64,000 nt of DNA from Polyangiaceae bacterium. GTDB lineage: Bacteria > Myxococcota_A > Polyangia > Polyangiales > Polyangiaceae. How positions within the stretch are numbered: position 1 is the first letter of the stretch; each line of letters starts with the position of its first letter. Positions 18,854 to 29,900 of the stretch are shown piece by piece. The stretch spans positions 352,001 through 416,000 of the forward strand of contig CBDCTZ010000012.1 of assembly GCA_965222375.1 (NCBI GenBank), written 5' to 3'. The notes beneath the pieces were generated by a model. The model was not told the DNA's origin. It ran no database searches and saw only the letters and a list, made by a program, of their open reading frames with translations. The translations under genes and the position numbers were made by a program.

Positions 18854-21800
18854 ATGGACCCACATGCTCGCCCAAAGCGCCGTTCGAACCAGCCTCGCCC
18901 GCGCCTGCTCCGAGCCCTCTCGATAGCCCTGGCACTGGTCGTGGCAGCCTGTGTTCAAGGGGGCGCCACCATGCCAACGGTCACCCCTCACGGCACTCTG
19001 GGGCTGGGAGGCCCCGGCATGGAGCAGGGGCAGCCCGACGGGCCGTTTCGCGTCGTGTTTGCGGGGCCCGAAGGTCAAGCTTCCAACACCGCCGAAGTGA
19101 GCGTCGTATTCAGCCGCCCGCTCCGGGAACTGTCTTTGGCGGGTTCCGAGGCCGCCCCACCGATCTCCATGACCCCTGCCATCCCGGGGCGTTGGCAGTG
19201 GGTGGGCACCCACGCACTGATCTTCGTCCCAGCTGCCGGTCCCCTGCCGGGAGCCACCCGGATCCGGGTGCGTGTACCTGCGAGCATCCGGGCGCTGGAT
19301 GGGTCCCGGCTCGCTCGAGCTCACGACTTCGAGTTCGAGACTCCGCGACCCAAACTGGTGCGAGTTTCGCCCTACGACGGTCAAAAAGGCTTGGTGCCGA
19401 AGACGACGATGACCCTGCGCTTCAACCAGCCGGTCGATCCCAGCGCCCTGACCCGCGTCGTGAGTCTGCACAACCTCACCAAAGACCAGGCTGTGGGCAT
19501 GGAGTTGCGCCGTCCTGATCCGGCCCGGCCCAAAATCCTCGAAGTAGCGCCCAAGGCACCGCTTGCGGTGCATTCGAAGTACGAGCTCAAGATCGCGCGG
19601 GGCTGGAAGGGGCAAGAAGGGCCGCTGCCTCAGACCAAGGAGCGACGGGTTGCGTTCGAGACCTATGGGCCGCTGCGGGTCGAACGAGTCAACTGCGATC
19701 AAGACACGCCCCACCGGCGCTGCGCGCCGGGTGGCAGCTTGGGGGTGTCGTTCACCAATCCGGTCCGGTTCAAAGACGTGAAGCGGATGCTGCGGGTGAC
19801 CCCTGGCTTGAAGCTTCGCTGGGACTCTTGGCGGGAAGACAGCGATTACGTTAGCTACGTCGATGTGAACGCGGCCTTCAAGCCGGGCGCTGCGTACACC
19901 CTCAGCGTCGGTGGTGGCTTGAAAGACAAATACGGTCAGCGCATGGGGCGCGCCCACGCCGAACGCGTCTTGATTGACGACGTATGGCCGACGGTGGAAA
20001 TCGGCGTGAGCGGGGATACCTTGGAGGCGGCGATTGCCAAGCCGATCTCCGTGGGTAGCGTCAACGTTGCGGACTATCGCGTGATCGCCGGAGCGCTCAC
20101 CAAGCCTCAGACTGCTGAGTTGCTTCGGGAGCCGCGCACGGATCGCCAACTGAAAAAACTTCGGCGTTGGCTGCCGGAAAAGACGGTCACGCCCCGGGCC
20201 GCCAAGAACCGCGTGCATCAGCGGCGCGTGGACAGTGGCGCGTTGCTCGGGAAAGCGCGGCGCGGTGTGGTGGCTCTGAGCGTGGCGTACGTCGAGCGAG
20301 AGGGAAAGCGCCCCCGCAAACGGCAGCATGTGCGCTTGGTGCAGGTCACGGATCTGGCGATGACCGCAAAGGTCTCTCGCCATGGGTCCCTGGTGTGGGT
20401 GACGCGCCTCTCCAACGGCAAACCCGTGCCCGGCGCTCGGGTCGAGGTGTTTCGGCCAGGCGCCAAGACCCTCGTGAAGAAGGCCGACAAGGACGGCATT
20501 GCGAGGATTTCGGCCAAGGAGCTTGCCCCCAATCTGGAATCGAACAGTCGAGATGCCCGGGCCGTCTTCATCGCGGCCGACGGGGCGGATTGGACGGCCC
20601 GGCCGCTGAGCGACTTCCTCGATGCTTGGCGCCTGGATGTTCCTCTGGATCTGAGCGGCGAGCTTCGCGCCTACGGGCTCATGTTCACAGAGCGGGGTCT
20701 CTACCGCCCAGGCGACAGTGTGCGCCTGAAAGGGATCCTGCGTCGGCACACCCGGACCGGCAACGCCGTGGAAGCGGGCCGCTCGATGACCCTCATCGTC
20801 GAGGATCCCGAGGGAGAGAAGCTGCTCAAGCGTCGCGTGAAGACCTCTCGTTTTGGGTCCTTCGACGCCAAGCTACGCATTCCAAGATCGGCGCCGTTGG
20901 GCAGCTATCGAGTCTACACGGATGGACTGAAGGGAGGACAGATCAGCGAGCGCTTCGAAGTTGCTGAATACCGCCCTGCCGAGTTCAAGGTGGGCGTCGA
21001 GAGCAATCAGCCTTCGTTCATTCGTGGGGACCAGGCCGAGTGGATGGTTCGAGGCGACTTCTTGTTCGGTGCGCCCATGGCCAAAGCCAAGACGCGCTAC
21101 AGCGTTACCCGCGCGCGTAGCTACTTCAATCCTCCCAATAGCGACGAGTTTTCCACGTCGTCGGGGGCGCTGTTTGCGCATGCTGACGAAGAAGATCTGG
21201 ACCACAGTATCCTCAGCAGCGCGGACAAGACTCTGGACCCAACCGGCAAGCTGAAGCTCAGTGCCAAGCTGAGCATGAGTGGGCAGCGCGGTCCGGAAAT
21301 CCTTCGGGCCGAGGCGGAGGTGACGGATCTGTCCCGGCAATCCCAGAGTGGAAGTACGACTGCCATCGTGCACCCGGCAAGCTTCTACATCGGCATCGAA
21401 TACCTGAAGGACTTCTTCGTAAAGGCGCCGGGCAAGACCACACCCCGCTTCGTGGCGCTGTCGCCCAAGGGACGGCGGCTACCTGGTAAGCGAATCGCGG
21501 TGCAGCTGGTGCGCCGACGTTGGAGCCTGGCGCGGCAGGACGTTGGGGCTGGTCGCGTGCGCTCGGTCAGTAAGCCGGTGGATACGGTCGTGTCCCGCTG
21601 CAGCGTGAAAACGGGCACCGCGCCCGTGGGTTGCAGCCTGGATCTGCGAGAAGGTGGCTACTACATCATCTCTGCCAAGAGCCAGGACGAGCGCGGAAAC
21701 CCCGTAGCGTCTGCCCTTTCGTTCTACGGCATCGGCGCAGGTAGGATGCAATGGGGCGACGGAGACCGCCGCAAGCTCGATTTGGCCTTGAACAAGGAGG

Positions 21801-24568
21801 AGTACAAGGTTGGGGATCGCGCCCGCGTCCTGGTGAAGAATCCGTTCCCGGAGGCGGAGGCACTCATCACCGTCGAGCGGGCCGGGATCTACCGCTCCGA
21901 ACGTCGCGTGCTGCGCGGAGCAACACCTGTAGTCGAGGTCGAAGTCACGAAGGATCTGCTGCCCAATGCCTTCGTTTCCGTGATGTTGACCCGAGGTCGC
22001 AAGGCGAAGCCCAGGCACGGAAAACCCGACATCGGCGCTCCTGACTTTCGCATTGGCTACGCGGAGATCGCGGTCAACGCCGACGCTCGACGTCTCGAGG
22101 TCAAAGTCACGCCCTCCGCCACGGAGCTCAAGCCCGGCGCCAAGGTCGATGTGGCGATCCGGACCACCAACGCGGCGGGCAAGCCCCAACCCGCGGAAGT
22201 TGCTCTCTACGCGGTCGACGAAGGTGTGCTTTCGTTGATTGGCTACAAGACTCCCGACCCGCTCCCTGTGTTCACGTCGCCTCGGGCGTTGCAGGTGGCG
22301 ACCATCGAGTCCCGAGAGGCCCTGGCACGCTTGGGTTTGGATGATCTGGGCTCCATGGGCCTCGACAAGGGGCTCGACGGCGGCGGTGGCGGTGAGAGTT
22401 CTAGCGCGCGCAAGGACTTTCGTCAGAGCGCGTACTTCAACCCCGCTGTGCACACTGACGCCAAGGGGCGCGCGAAGGTCAGTTTCAAGCTGCCGGACAG
22501 CCTCACGACCTATCGTCTGATGGCGGTCGCCGCAAGTTTGGACGATCGCTATGGCTTCGGAGAATCCCGAGTCATCACGAGCAAGAAGCTCATGGCGCGT
22601 CCTGCGCTGCCGCGCTTCTTGCGAACCGGGGACGCGGCTAACGCGGGGGTCATCGTGACCTCGAAGGGGATGGGTGACACGACCGCGACTGTGACGGCGA
22701 AAATCCGCGGTTTGGAGCTCTTGGGTGACGCTACGAAGCGCGTACAGCTGCCGAAGAACGGCAGTGTGGAAGTGCGCTTTCCCCTGCGCGCGAAGCGGGC
22801 AGGCACGGCCAAGCTTGGATTCGTGGTTTCGGCCGGGCGCCAGCGAGACTCCGTCGAGGTGCGTCGAGACGTGCGCGTGCCGGCGGTGATGGAGTCCGTT
22901 GCCCTCTACGGGCAGACCAATGCGGCGCGGGGAGAAAAGCTCGGGGACCTCTCCGCCATGCGCCGCGACGTTGGCGAACTGCAACTGAGCATGGCGTCGA
23001 CCGCCCTGGTTGGTTTGGGTGGGGGCGTGGAGCAACTCATCGAGTATCCGTACGGTTGCACCGAGCAGCTATCGAGTCGTCTCTTGCCCATGTTGCCCCT
23101 CGCGCAATTGGCTAGAGATTTCGACCTGCCCTTGCCCAAGAACACTCGCGCGGTGGCGGAAAAAACCGTCGCGGAGATCCTGGGGCGACAGCGTGGTGAT
23201 GGGGGCTTCGGCTACTGGCCAGAGTCCCAAGAGAGCTCGCCCTGGGTGAGCGCCTACGCCCTGTGGACGTTGCACCATGCCAAGAGCCGCGGCCACGCGG
23301 TTCCGGCACGCGCGTTGCAGCGCGGGCGCGCCTATGTGCGACGCGCCTTGGAGCGACTGCGCATCGAACCGATCTCGCTTTCCACGGCTGCATTCATCGT
23401 GGACGTGATGGCGGAAACGGGCGCGCCAGATGTGGGCTACATGAGTCGGATCTACGCCGAGCGCAGCAAGCTTCCGACCTTTGGCAAAGCGCTGCTGCTG
23501 CATGCACTGGCTGTGAGCAAGCAAAAGGCCGAGCTGATCGATCCTCTGTTGAAGGAGCTCGAGGGCCAGCTGCGCATCGATGCGGATACCGCCATGGTTT
23601 CCGAGAACCTGGGTGACGAGTACGCGGTGCTGATGTCCTCGCCCGCGCGCTCCAGCGCCATGGCCCTGCGCGCCCTACTTGCGGCGCGTCCTGCGCATCC
23701 CATGGCCGCGGCCATGGCCCGGGGGCTGCTACGCGCCCGTCGCGGCGGGACGTGGCGCAATACCCAAGAGGCGGCATACGCGCTGTTGGCGCTGGATGAG
23801 TATCGCAAGGCCCAAGAGCGAAAAGTGCCCAACTTCCTCACGCGGGTATGGCTGTCTGGTTCACAGCTCGTGTCCAAACGCTTCAAAGGCCGCAGTGCCA
23901 ACTCCCGGCGTCACGTGATCGCGGCGAAGGACATGCCCCGGAAGGCCGGTGGCTTGCTTGTCTTTCAGAAGCAGGGTGACGGGAAGCTTTTCTACGAAGC
24001 GCGGCTGCGCTACGTGCCCAAGACCCTTCCGGCGAGACCGCTGGATCGGGGCTTCTTCGTCCAGAAGACGTTGCGTGCAGTAACCCCGGAGAACCTCCCG
24101 AAGGCGATTCGCACGCTGACGGATCGAACCGAATCGCGAATTGCCGCCGGGTCTCTAGTGCTCGTCGACCTAATCGTGGTGTCGCCGAGCCCGCGTGAGC
24201 TCGTGGTGATCGATGACCCGATCCCCGCCGGGCTCGAGGCTGTGGATACGACCTTGTCGACGACGGCATCTTGGCTGTCTGTACCCGGGCAGGGGGGCGA
24301 GCCTGGCTCTTACGATTCATCGGATGGAGATTGGGACGACGACGTGGCGCACGGCAGCGCGTTCCTGAGTAGTTGGTTTCGCCGCGAGCTGCGGGATGAC
24401 CGCGCGCTGTTCTTCGTCGACCGAATGAATGCCGGCATGTACCACTACCGGTACCTTGCGCGAGCGACCACGGCCGGCAAGTTCATCGTTCCGCCGACCA
24501 AAGCGGAGGAGATGTACACGCCCGAGGTTTTCGGTCGGACAGGAGCCGTGTCCCTGGAGGTGCGGTGA
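18854..24568 (+). CDS. Bacterial alpha-2-macroglobulin (lipoprotein)
   Basis: Lipobox VAAC, Ig-like domains, TERGLYRPGD, YAVDEG, LPDSLTTYR, thioester motif YPYGCTEQ, C-terminal EMYTPEVFGR. Confidence 0.95.
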   Translation: MDPHARPKRRSNQPRPRLLRALSIALALVVAACVQGGATMPTVTPHGTLGLGGPGMEQGQPDGPFRVVFAGPEGQASNTAEVSVVFSRPLRELSLAGSEAAPPISMTPAIPGRWQWVGTHALIFVPAAGPLPGATRIRVRVPASIRALDGSRLARAHDFEFETPRPKLVRVSPYDGQKGLVPKTTMTLRFNQPVDPSALTRVVSLHNLTKDQAVGMELRRPDPARPKILEVAPKAPLAVHSKYELKIARGWKGQEGPLPQTKERRVAFETYGPLRVERVNCDQDTPHRRCAPGGSLGVSFTNPVRFKDVKRMLRVTPGLKLRWDSWREDSDYVSYVDVNAAFKPGAAYTLSVGGGLKDKYGQRMGRAHAERVLIDDVWPTVEIGVSGDTLEAAIAKPISVGSVNVADYRVIAGALTKPQTAELLREPRTDRQLKKLRRWLPEKTVTPRAAKNRVHQRRVDSGALLGKARRGVVALSVAYVEREGKRPRKRQHVRLVQVTDLAMTAKVSRHGSLVWVTRLSNGKPVPGARVEVFRPGAKTLVKKADKDGIARISAKELAPNLESNSRDARAVFIAADGADWTARPLSDFLDAWRLDVPLDLSGELRAYGLMFTERGLYRPGDSVRLKGILRRHTRTGNAVEAGRSMTLIVEDPEGEKLLKRRVKTSRFGSFDAKLRIPRSAPLGSYRVYTDGLKGGQISERFEVAEYRPAEFKVGVESNQPSFIRGDQAEWMVRGDFLFGAPMAKAKTRYSVTRARSYFNPPNSDEFSTSSGALFAHADEEDLDHSILSSADKTLDPTGKLKLSAKLSMSGQRGPEILRAEAEVTDLSRQSQSGSTTAIVHPASFYIGIEYLKDFFVKAPGKTTPRFVALSPKGRRLPGKRIAVQLVRRRWSLARQDVGAGRVRSVSKPVDTVVSRCSVKTGTAPVGCSLDLREGGYYIISAKSQDERGNPVASALSFYGIGAGRMQWGDGDRRKLDLALNKEEYKVGDRARVLVKNPFPEAEALITVERAGIYRSERRVLRGATPVVEVEVTKDLLPNAFVSVMLTRGRKAKPRHGKPDIGAPDFRIGYAEIAVNADARRLEVKVTPSATELKPGAKVDVAIRTTNAAGKPQPAEVALYAVDEGVLSLIGYKTPDPLPVFTSPRALQVATIESREALARLGLDDLGSMGLDKGLDGGGGGESSSARKDFRQSAYFNPAVHTDAKGRAKVSFKLPDSLTTYRLMAVAASLDDRYGFGESRVITSKKLMARPALPRFLRTGDAANAGVIVTSKGMGDTTATVTAKIRGLELLGDATKRVQLPKNGSVEVRFPLRAKRAGTAKLGFVVSAGRQRDSVEVRRDVRVPAVMESVALYGQTNAARGEKLGDLSAMRRDVGELQLSMASTALVGLGGGVEQLIEYPYGCTEQLSSRLLPMLPLAQLARDFDLPLPKNTRAVAEKTVAEILGRQRGDGGFGYWPESQESSPWVSAYALWTLHHAKSRGHAVPARALQRGRAYVRRALERLRIEPISLSTAAFIVDVMAETGAPDVGYMSRIYAERSKLPTFGKALLLHALAVSKQKAELIDPLLKELEGQLRIDADTAMVSENLGDEYAVLMSSPARSSAMALRALLAARPAHPMAAAMARGLLRARRGGTWRNTQEAAYALLALDEYRKAQERKVPNFLTRVWLSGSQLVSKRFKGRSANSRRHVIAAKDMPRKAGGLLVFQKQGDGKLFYEARLRYVPKTLPARPLDRGFFVQKTLRAVTPENLPKAIRTLTDRTESRIAAGSLVLVDLIVVSPSPRELVVIDDPIPAGLEAVDTTLSTTASWLSVPGQGGEPGSYDSSDGDWDDDVAHGSAFLSSWFRRELRDDRALFFVDRMNAGMYHYRYLARATTAGKFIVPPTKAEEMYTPEVFGRTGAVSLEVR

Positions 24569-26928
24569 GCACTGCTTCGCAACTGGTGCGCGCAGCCGTA
24601 ATCTCGGCTTGCGCCGCACTCGCAGCTTTCAGCGCTTGGGTCCTCGCGACTCCGCTGCCTGTCGCTCTGTCCGCTTCCGAGACACCGGAGTCTGGGCAGC
24701 GCTTTCTAGACCGGCACGGGCGCCTGATTCGGACTGCACGCGTCGACTCGGGCTCCCGGGCGGAGTGGGTGCCGATTCCCGAACTCTCTGCCTCTACCAT
24801 CGCTGTTCTACTGGCTGCTGAAGACAAGCGCTTCTATTGGCACCCTGGCATCGACCCGATCGCGGTGACTCGCGCGCTTGGACAACTGGTTTGGCACCGG
24901 CGCGCCGTGAGCGGCGCAAGCACCCTGACCCAGCAGCTCGCTCGCACCCTGCAGCCCCGGCCGCGTACCTTGCGTGGGAAGGCAGGGGAAGCGGTGCTTG
25001 CGCTGCGGATGGAGTTGTCGCTGGGCAAAAACGCGTTGCTGGAGCAGTACGTGAACCGCGTGGACTTCGGACCTAACGTTCGCGGGATCGGGGCGGCCAG
25101 CCGGCTGTACTTCGACAAGCCCGCTGGTGCGCTTTCCGTTGCCGAGGCCGCGACCCTGGTCGGCATGGTTCGGGGCCCCAGCTTGTACGATCCAACCAAG
25201 AACCCGCACTTGGCACACGCTCGCCGGGATCGAGTGCTCCGGCGGGCGGAGCGGGCGGGTTTGCTGCCCGCCCAAGACGTGGCTCAGGCCCTGGCGGAGC
25301 CCTTGCGCCTGCAGCGCTCCGCGCTCGAGGAGGGTGGGCGTCATTTCCTGCGCGCGCTGCGCATGGGCGCCCTGGATTCCCCGGTGGGTGCCGGCGGCGG
25401 GGATGAATTCAAGACCAGTCTCGATTTCGGCCTGCAAATCGAAGTGGAGCGCCTGGCACGCCGAGCCGTAGAGCGTCTCGGCGCCCACGACGTATCGGCA
25501 GCGGCCGTGGTCGTACTGGATAATCGCAGCGGCGACGTGTTGGCCTACGTGGGTTCCGCAGGTTTCTTCGATCAGCGGAGCTTGGGTCAAAACGACGGTG
25601 TGCTGGCGCTTCGGCAACCCGGCTCAACCTTGAAACCCTTCGTCTACGCCACCGCGATGGAGCGCCTGGGTTACACGGCAGCGACGATCTTGCCAGACAT
25701 CGAGCTACACCTGGCCACCGCCGAGGGCGACTATCGACCCAAAAACTACAATGGCCGACAGCATGGCCCGGTTCGGCTGCGGGAGGCATTGTCCAACTCG
25801 TTGAACATCCCCGCCGTACTCGTGGCTTCCCGAGTTGGGCCCACCCGTGTGCTGGCTACACTTCGGCGCGCGGGCTTCGATTCTCTGACTGAAGACGCTG
25901 CCCACTACGGTGCTGCGATCGCTTTGGGGGATGGCGAAGTTCGATTGCTCGAATTGGCGGCGGCCTACACCTCCCTGGCGAATGCGGGCCGCATGCGTCC
26001 GCCGCGCTTCGTGCTCGCGTCCCGTCTGAAGTCCGGGCAATGGCAGCAACACCCGCCCCACTCTCTGCGCAAGCTCATGCGCCCACAAACCGCGGCTGTG
26101 CTATTCGACGTGCTTTCGGATCCCGTGGCCCGAGCGGGCGCTTTCGGGCGTGGGAACGTTCTCGAATTGCCCTTCGCCGCTGCAGTAAAGACCGGTACAA
26201 GCAAAGGCCATCGCGACAATCTCGCGGTGGGGGTCAGCGGGCCGGTCACCGTTGCGGTCTGGGTGGGCAACTTCGATGGTCGGCCCATGATCCGCACCAG
26301 CGGGGTGACGGGCGCGGGGCCACTGTTTCGTCAGGTGATGATGGCTGCGATGCGTGGCAGGAACCCCGCGGCGCCGTCTTCGGACGCTCGCCTCGTGTCC
26401 GCAGCTGTCTGCGAGCGCAGTGGCCAGCGCCCGGGGCCGCACTGCACGCACACCGTTACCGAGAAGTTCGCCTCCGGAAACCAGGCAGGCCGCGAATGCG
26501 ACTTGCATCGGCAAGTCTGGGTCGATGCTGACAATGGCCTGCTCTCGGCGCCGGGTTGCCCAAGGGCAGAGCAGCGCGTGGTGGAAGTCTATGCGCCCCG
26601 CTACCGTGCCTGGGCCAAGCGAGTGGGGCGGCCCATCGGTCCCCAAACAGCCAGTCCGCGCTGCCCTCGAGCGAAGCCGACGCTGCAACGCGCACGGATC
26701 GCATTCCCCTACGACGGCGCTCGCTTCTTGAGGGATCCCGCCCTGGCCGCGTCCCAGCAGCGCCTGAGCGTGCGTCTGCAATCAGCGGGAGCTCGGTTCC
26801 GTCTGAGTTTGGACGGCCGAGTCGTCGCCGAACGAGGGTCGCCCACGATCCCGCTCAGCCCGGGGCACCACCGCCTCGTGTTGCAGACTGCGGGTGGCCG
26901 CGACGAAGTGGCGTTCGTCGTCGATTGA
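24565..26928 (+). CDS. pbpC: Penicillin-binding protein 1C
   Basis: EDKRFYWHPGID, GASTLTQQLAR, RQPGSTLKPF, SLN, KTGT; GTGA-coupled to alpha-2-macroglobulin. Confidence 0.93.
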   Translation: MSTASQLVRAAVISACAALAAFSAWVLATPLPVALSASETPESGQRFLDRHGRLIRTARVDSGSRAEWVPIPELSASTIAVLLAAEDKRFYWHPGIDPIAVTRALGQLVWHRRAVSGASTLTQQLARTLQPRPRTLRGKAGEAVLALRMELSLGKNALLEQYVNRVDFGPNVRGIGAASRLYFDKPAGALSVAEAATLVGMVRGPSLYDPTKNPHLAHARRDRVLRRAERAGLLPAQDVAQALAEPLRLQRSALEEGGRHFLRALRMGALDSPVGAGGGDEFKTSLDFGLQIEVERLARRAVERLGAHDVSAAAVVVLDNRSGDVLAYVGSAGFFDQRSLGQNDGVLALRQPGSTLKPFVYATAMERLGYTAATILPDIELHLATAEGDYRPKNYNGRQHGPVRLREALSNSLNIPAVLVASRVGPTRVLATLRRAGFDSLTEDAAHYGAAIALGDGEVRLLELAAAYTSLANAGRMRPPRFVLASRLKSGQWQQHPPHSLRKLMRPQTAAVLFDVLSDPVARAGAFGRGNVLELPFAAAVKTGTSKGHRDNLAVGVSGPVTVAVWVGNFDGRPMIRTSGVTGAGPLFRQVMMAAMRGRNPAAPSSDARLVSAAVCERSGQRPGPHCTHTVTEKFASGNQAGRECDLHRQVWVDADNGLLSAPGCPRAEQRVVEVYAPRYRAWAKRVGRPIGPQTASPRCPRAKPTLQRARIAFPYDGARFLRDPALAASQQRLSVRLQSAGARFRLSLDGRVVAERGSPTIPLSPGHHRLVLQTAGGRDEVAFVVD

Positions 26929-26931
26929 GTC

Positions 26932-29900
26932 TCAGCCGTCGAGGCCGACTTGCTTGCGCGCCGCTGCGTACTGCTCGCTGACGCTGAACACTGCCAGGTC
27001 GCGCGCCTCGGGATTGCGCAGGATCCACTTGAGCCTATCCGGTCCTTCGGCGGGGGGTGGCCCGTGGCCGGCGTTCAGCGCAACCGCAGAAAACGCCGTC
27101 ACCGGGCTACCGATGGCCAGCAGCGCGACGCGATCACCCCACTGGTGAATTGCCGTCGCGACCTGGGATGCTCGGTTGCCGATGGAGCCTATGACCTCCA
27201 GAGCGAGTACGGGAACATCGTCGTCCAAGCGTCGGGCAATGGCGCGCTGGATCCGGTCGCGAGTATCGGCGAGTTTCTTGGCGTCGATGTTGGGAGGTTG
27301 CCAGTTCGGGGCAAACACTGACAGATAGCCAGCGAGGGTTGGCCACAGCTCAATGGGAGATTTGCGCGACAGCGTACACGCATTGGCTTGAATGATCTTG
27401 AGCGCGCGAACCAGCAAGTAGTCCCGCAACGCTGAGTTCGGGTGTTCGAGCAGCTCCGTGCCAACGATGAGCTGGGGCGGCATCCCCGTCATCGGAAGCG
27501 CTTGCGCACCGATGGTCGGCGAAGCGAGGACGGATAGTCCGGAGATTCCGAATCGAGCTGCCAGTTGCTCCAATTCCCGCTGAACCGCGGCGGACTCTTG
27601 AGGTAGGGGAGTGGCTCGCATGGTCTTGGGGTCGACGGCGTAGGCGGCGTCCAGAGCGTCCGCGCTCTTCTTCAACAGTGCCCGCAGGGGCAAGGTGAGC
27701 AGCTCGGGTGCAAGTAGGTCGTCTAGTTTGGGATCCGCGGCTGCTGCGCCTGCGCCCAACACTTCCTCTTCGCGTCCTTCGATGGCGGCCAAGGTCGCGT
27801 TGGCGATTTGCGCTGCGCCCCCGCCACCGCGCAGCTCAGCGACTGTCGCCAATTGCGAAAACAGCCCCGGCTCGAAGCGCCCAGTGCTGAGCGCCCGGCG
27901 CGCATCGTTGGCCGCTCGGTCCAGGAGCACGTTCAGGGCGGTGGTTTCGCCGTGGCGCTGGTAGAACTCCGCCAGAGCCTTGAGCACCGATCCATCCTGA
28001 GGCCAAGTCTTGCGGGCCCGATCGAGAGTGGTCTCAGCCTTGCGCTTGTCTTCCAGAACTTCTTCATATACCCGGGCCAGGTTCAGGGTGCGCTCTCGCT
28101 TCTCCTCCGGGCTTCTAGCGCGGGTAACGAGCTCCGTAGCCATCTCGACGGCCTTCGCCGGGTCCCCAAGGCGACCATAGACGAACACCAGTTTTTGTTG
28201 GGCGTCGACGTCGTTGGGCTCACGCTTGAGGATCTCTTTGTAGGCCAACTCCGCGCGTTGCGGATTGGGCAGCTCACCATCGTAGAGCGCACCGAGGCGT
28301 CGGTAGCTCTCGAGCTGTCTTGCTGGGTCTACGTCGGAACGCGCAAGGCGAATCAGTGACTGCTCGGCGCCTTCCCAATCGCCTTCTTGGGCACAGACAT
28401 CTGCAAAGGCGTCGAGGGCGTCGACGTGGTCGGGGTTTTCGTCCAGGGCAGCGGCGAGCGCTTGTTTGGCGGCGTCGCGATCGCCGACTTCTGCCAGTGC
28501 CCGCCCCCGGGTGACCTCGAGTGCGACACGCTCTTCGGGGTCTTCGGTTTGATCCAGGCGTCGCTCAAGCAGGCTGGCAAGGCGCGCACGGTCCTCGCGA
28601 GCAACGTACTGAGCCCGGAGGCGTTCGAAGACGTCCGAATAGGTCAGGTCGATCTCGGCTGCCTTCTCTAACGCCGCCAACCCCTTGTCCGCATCATCGG
28701 CTTTGTCCAGCCAGAGCACGGCGGCGGCGTGCCAGCCTTCGAGCTGATGGCGCTCGACCTTGCTCGAACTCGAGAGAGTCTCCAAAGCCCTTGCGGCACC
28801 GGTGCAGTCGTCGAGCTTCTCCAGTATGACGATCTCCGCAGCCAAGGCCGTCGGGTGTTCCGGCAATAGCTCAAGAGCGCGCTCGAGCAGGCCGCGTGCG
28901 CCTTCTAGATCTCCAGAGCGGGCGCTGGCCTCGGCCGCGCGTACAAAGAGGGTGGCTGCATCGATCGCCCGGTTGGCACGGTCCGCCAACATACGCGTGG
29001 CTCGCAGAATGGCTGCGTCGTCCCCTGCTTTGATCGCGTTGGCCGTGAGGTAGCGCAGCGCCCACAAGGGTGGCTGCTCGCGCTTGGTGACTCTTTCAAT
29101 CACATCGCCGGCCGCATCGGCATTGTCGGTGCGCTCGTAGGCTGCGTGGGCGATGAAGGCCTGCGCGACGCCCTCAGGCCCCTCCAAGATGCCGCTGAGC
29201 TTGTCCGCGATGGGAGCGAGATCCTCCAGGCGCGCACCACTGACGTATTCGTGGGCCAAGCGGTGGAGTGCAGGCAAGTGACCTGGATCGCCCTCGATGA
29301 TGGCGGCATCCCAGAGCAGTGCGCTGGCAGCTTCGCCGCGGAGGCGATCGAGCCGCGCCAGGCGGGCGTATAGAGCGCGCTGTTCCTGCGGGTCTTCGCT
29401 CTCCTTCGCGGCCGCCAACCACTGCTCGGCGTAGTCCGTGGCAGAAGCCCCGAATGCGGCCAAGCGCTCAGCGGTCAGCCTCGCGAGACCGCCGTGGCTT
29501 TGCGCTTTGGTCGCCGCGGCTGCGGCCGCGGGCAAGTCCCCGGCCCGTTCGTGTTCCAGGGCGGCTTCCAACAACAGAGCTGCCTGGTCGACGCCTTCGG
29601 CAAGCTCTGCGGCCTCTTCGCGCCATTTGGCCCGCTCGGCTCCCGCCGTGGGGATCAGACGCTCGTGAAGCTCTCGCAGCGCTACGTCACCGGGTTGGGC
29701 GGCGGTCGATTCGCCGAGCAATGCGGACGCGCCCTCGCGGTCGTCCTCCGCCGTGAGCAATGCTTCCCGGATGGCGTCCCAAGAGCGCTCGATGGGATCC
29801 TCCGACACAGCCCGTCCGGCCCGGAGCCACTCGACCAGCTTGCCCACGTCGCCTGCAGTTCGGGCACGCTCCTCACCAAGGCGGTACGCGAAGGGCAGGG

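Noticed and set aside
18806..23035. Long antisense ORFs (647 aa, 518 aa) and similar ones at 45257, 48523 and 51965
   Set aside because: Shadow ORFs expected from GC-rich codon bias opposite well-supported genes
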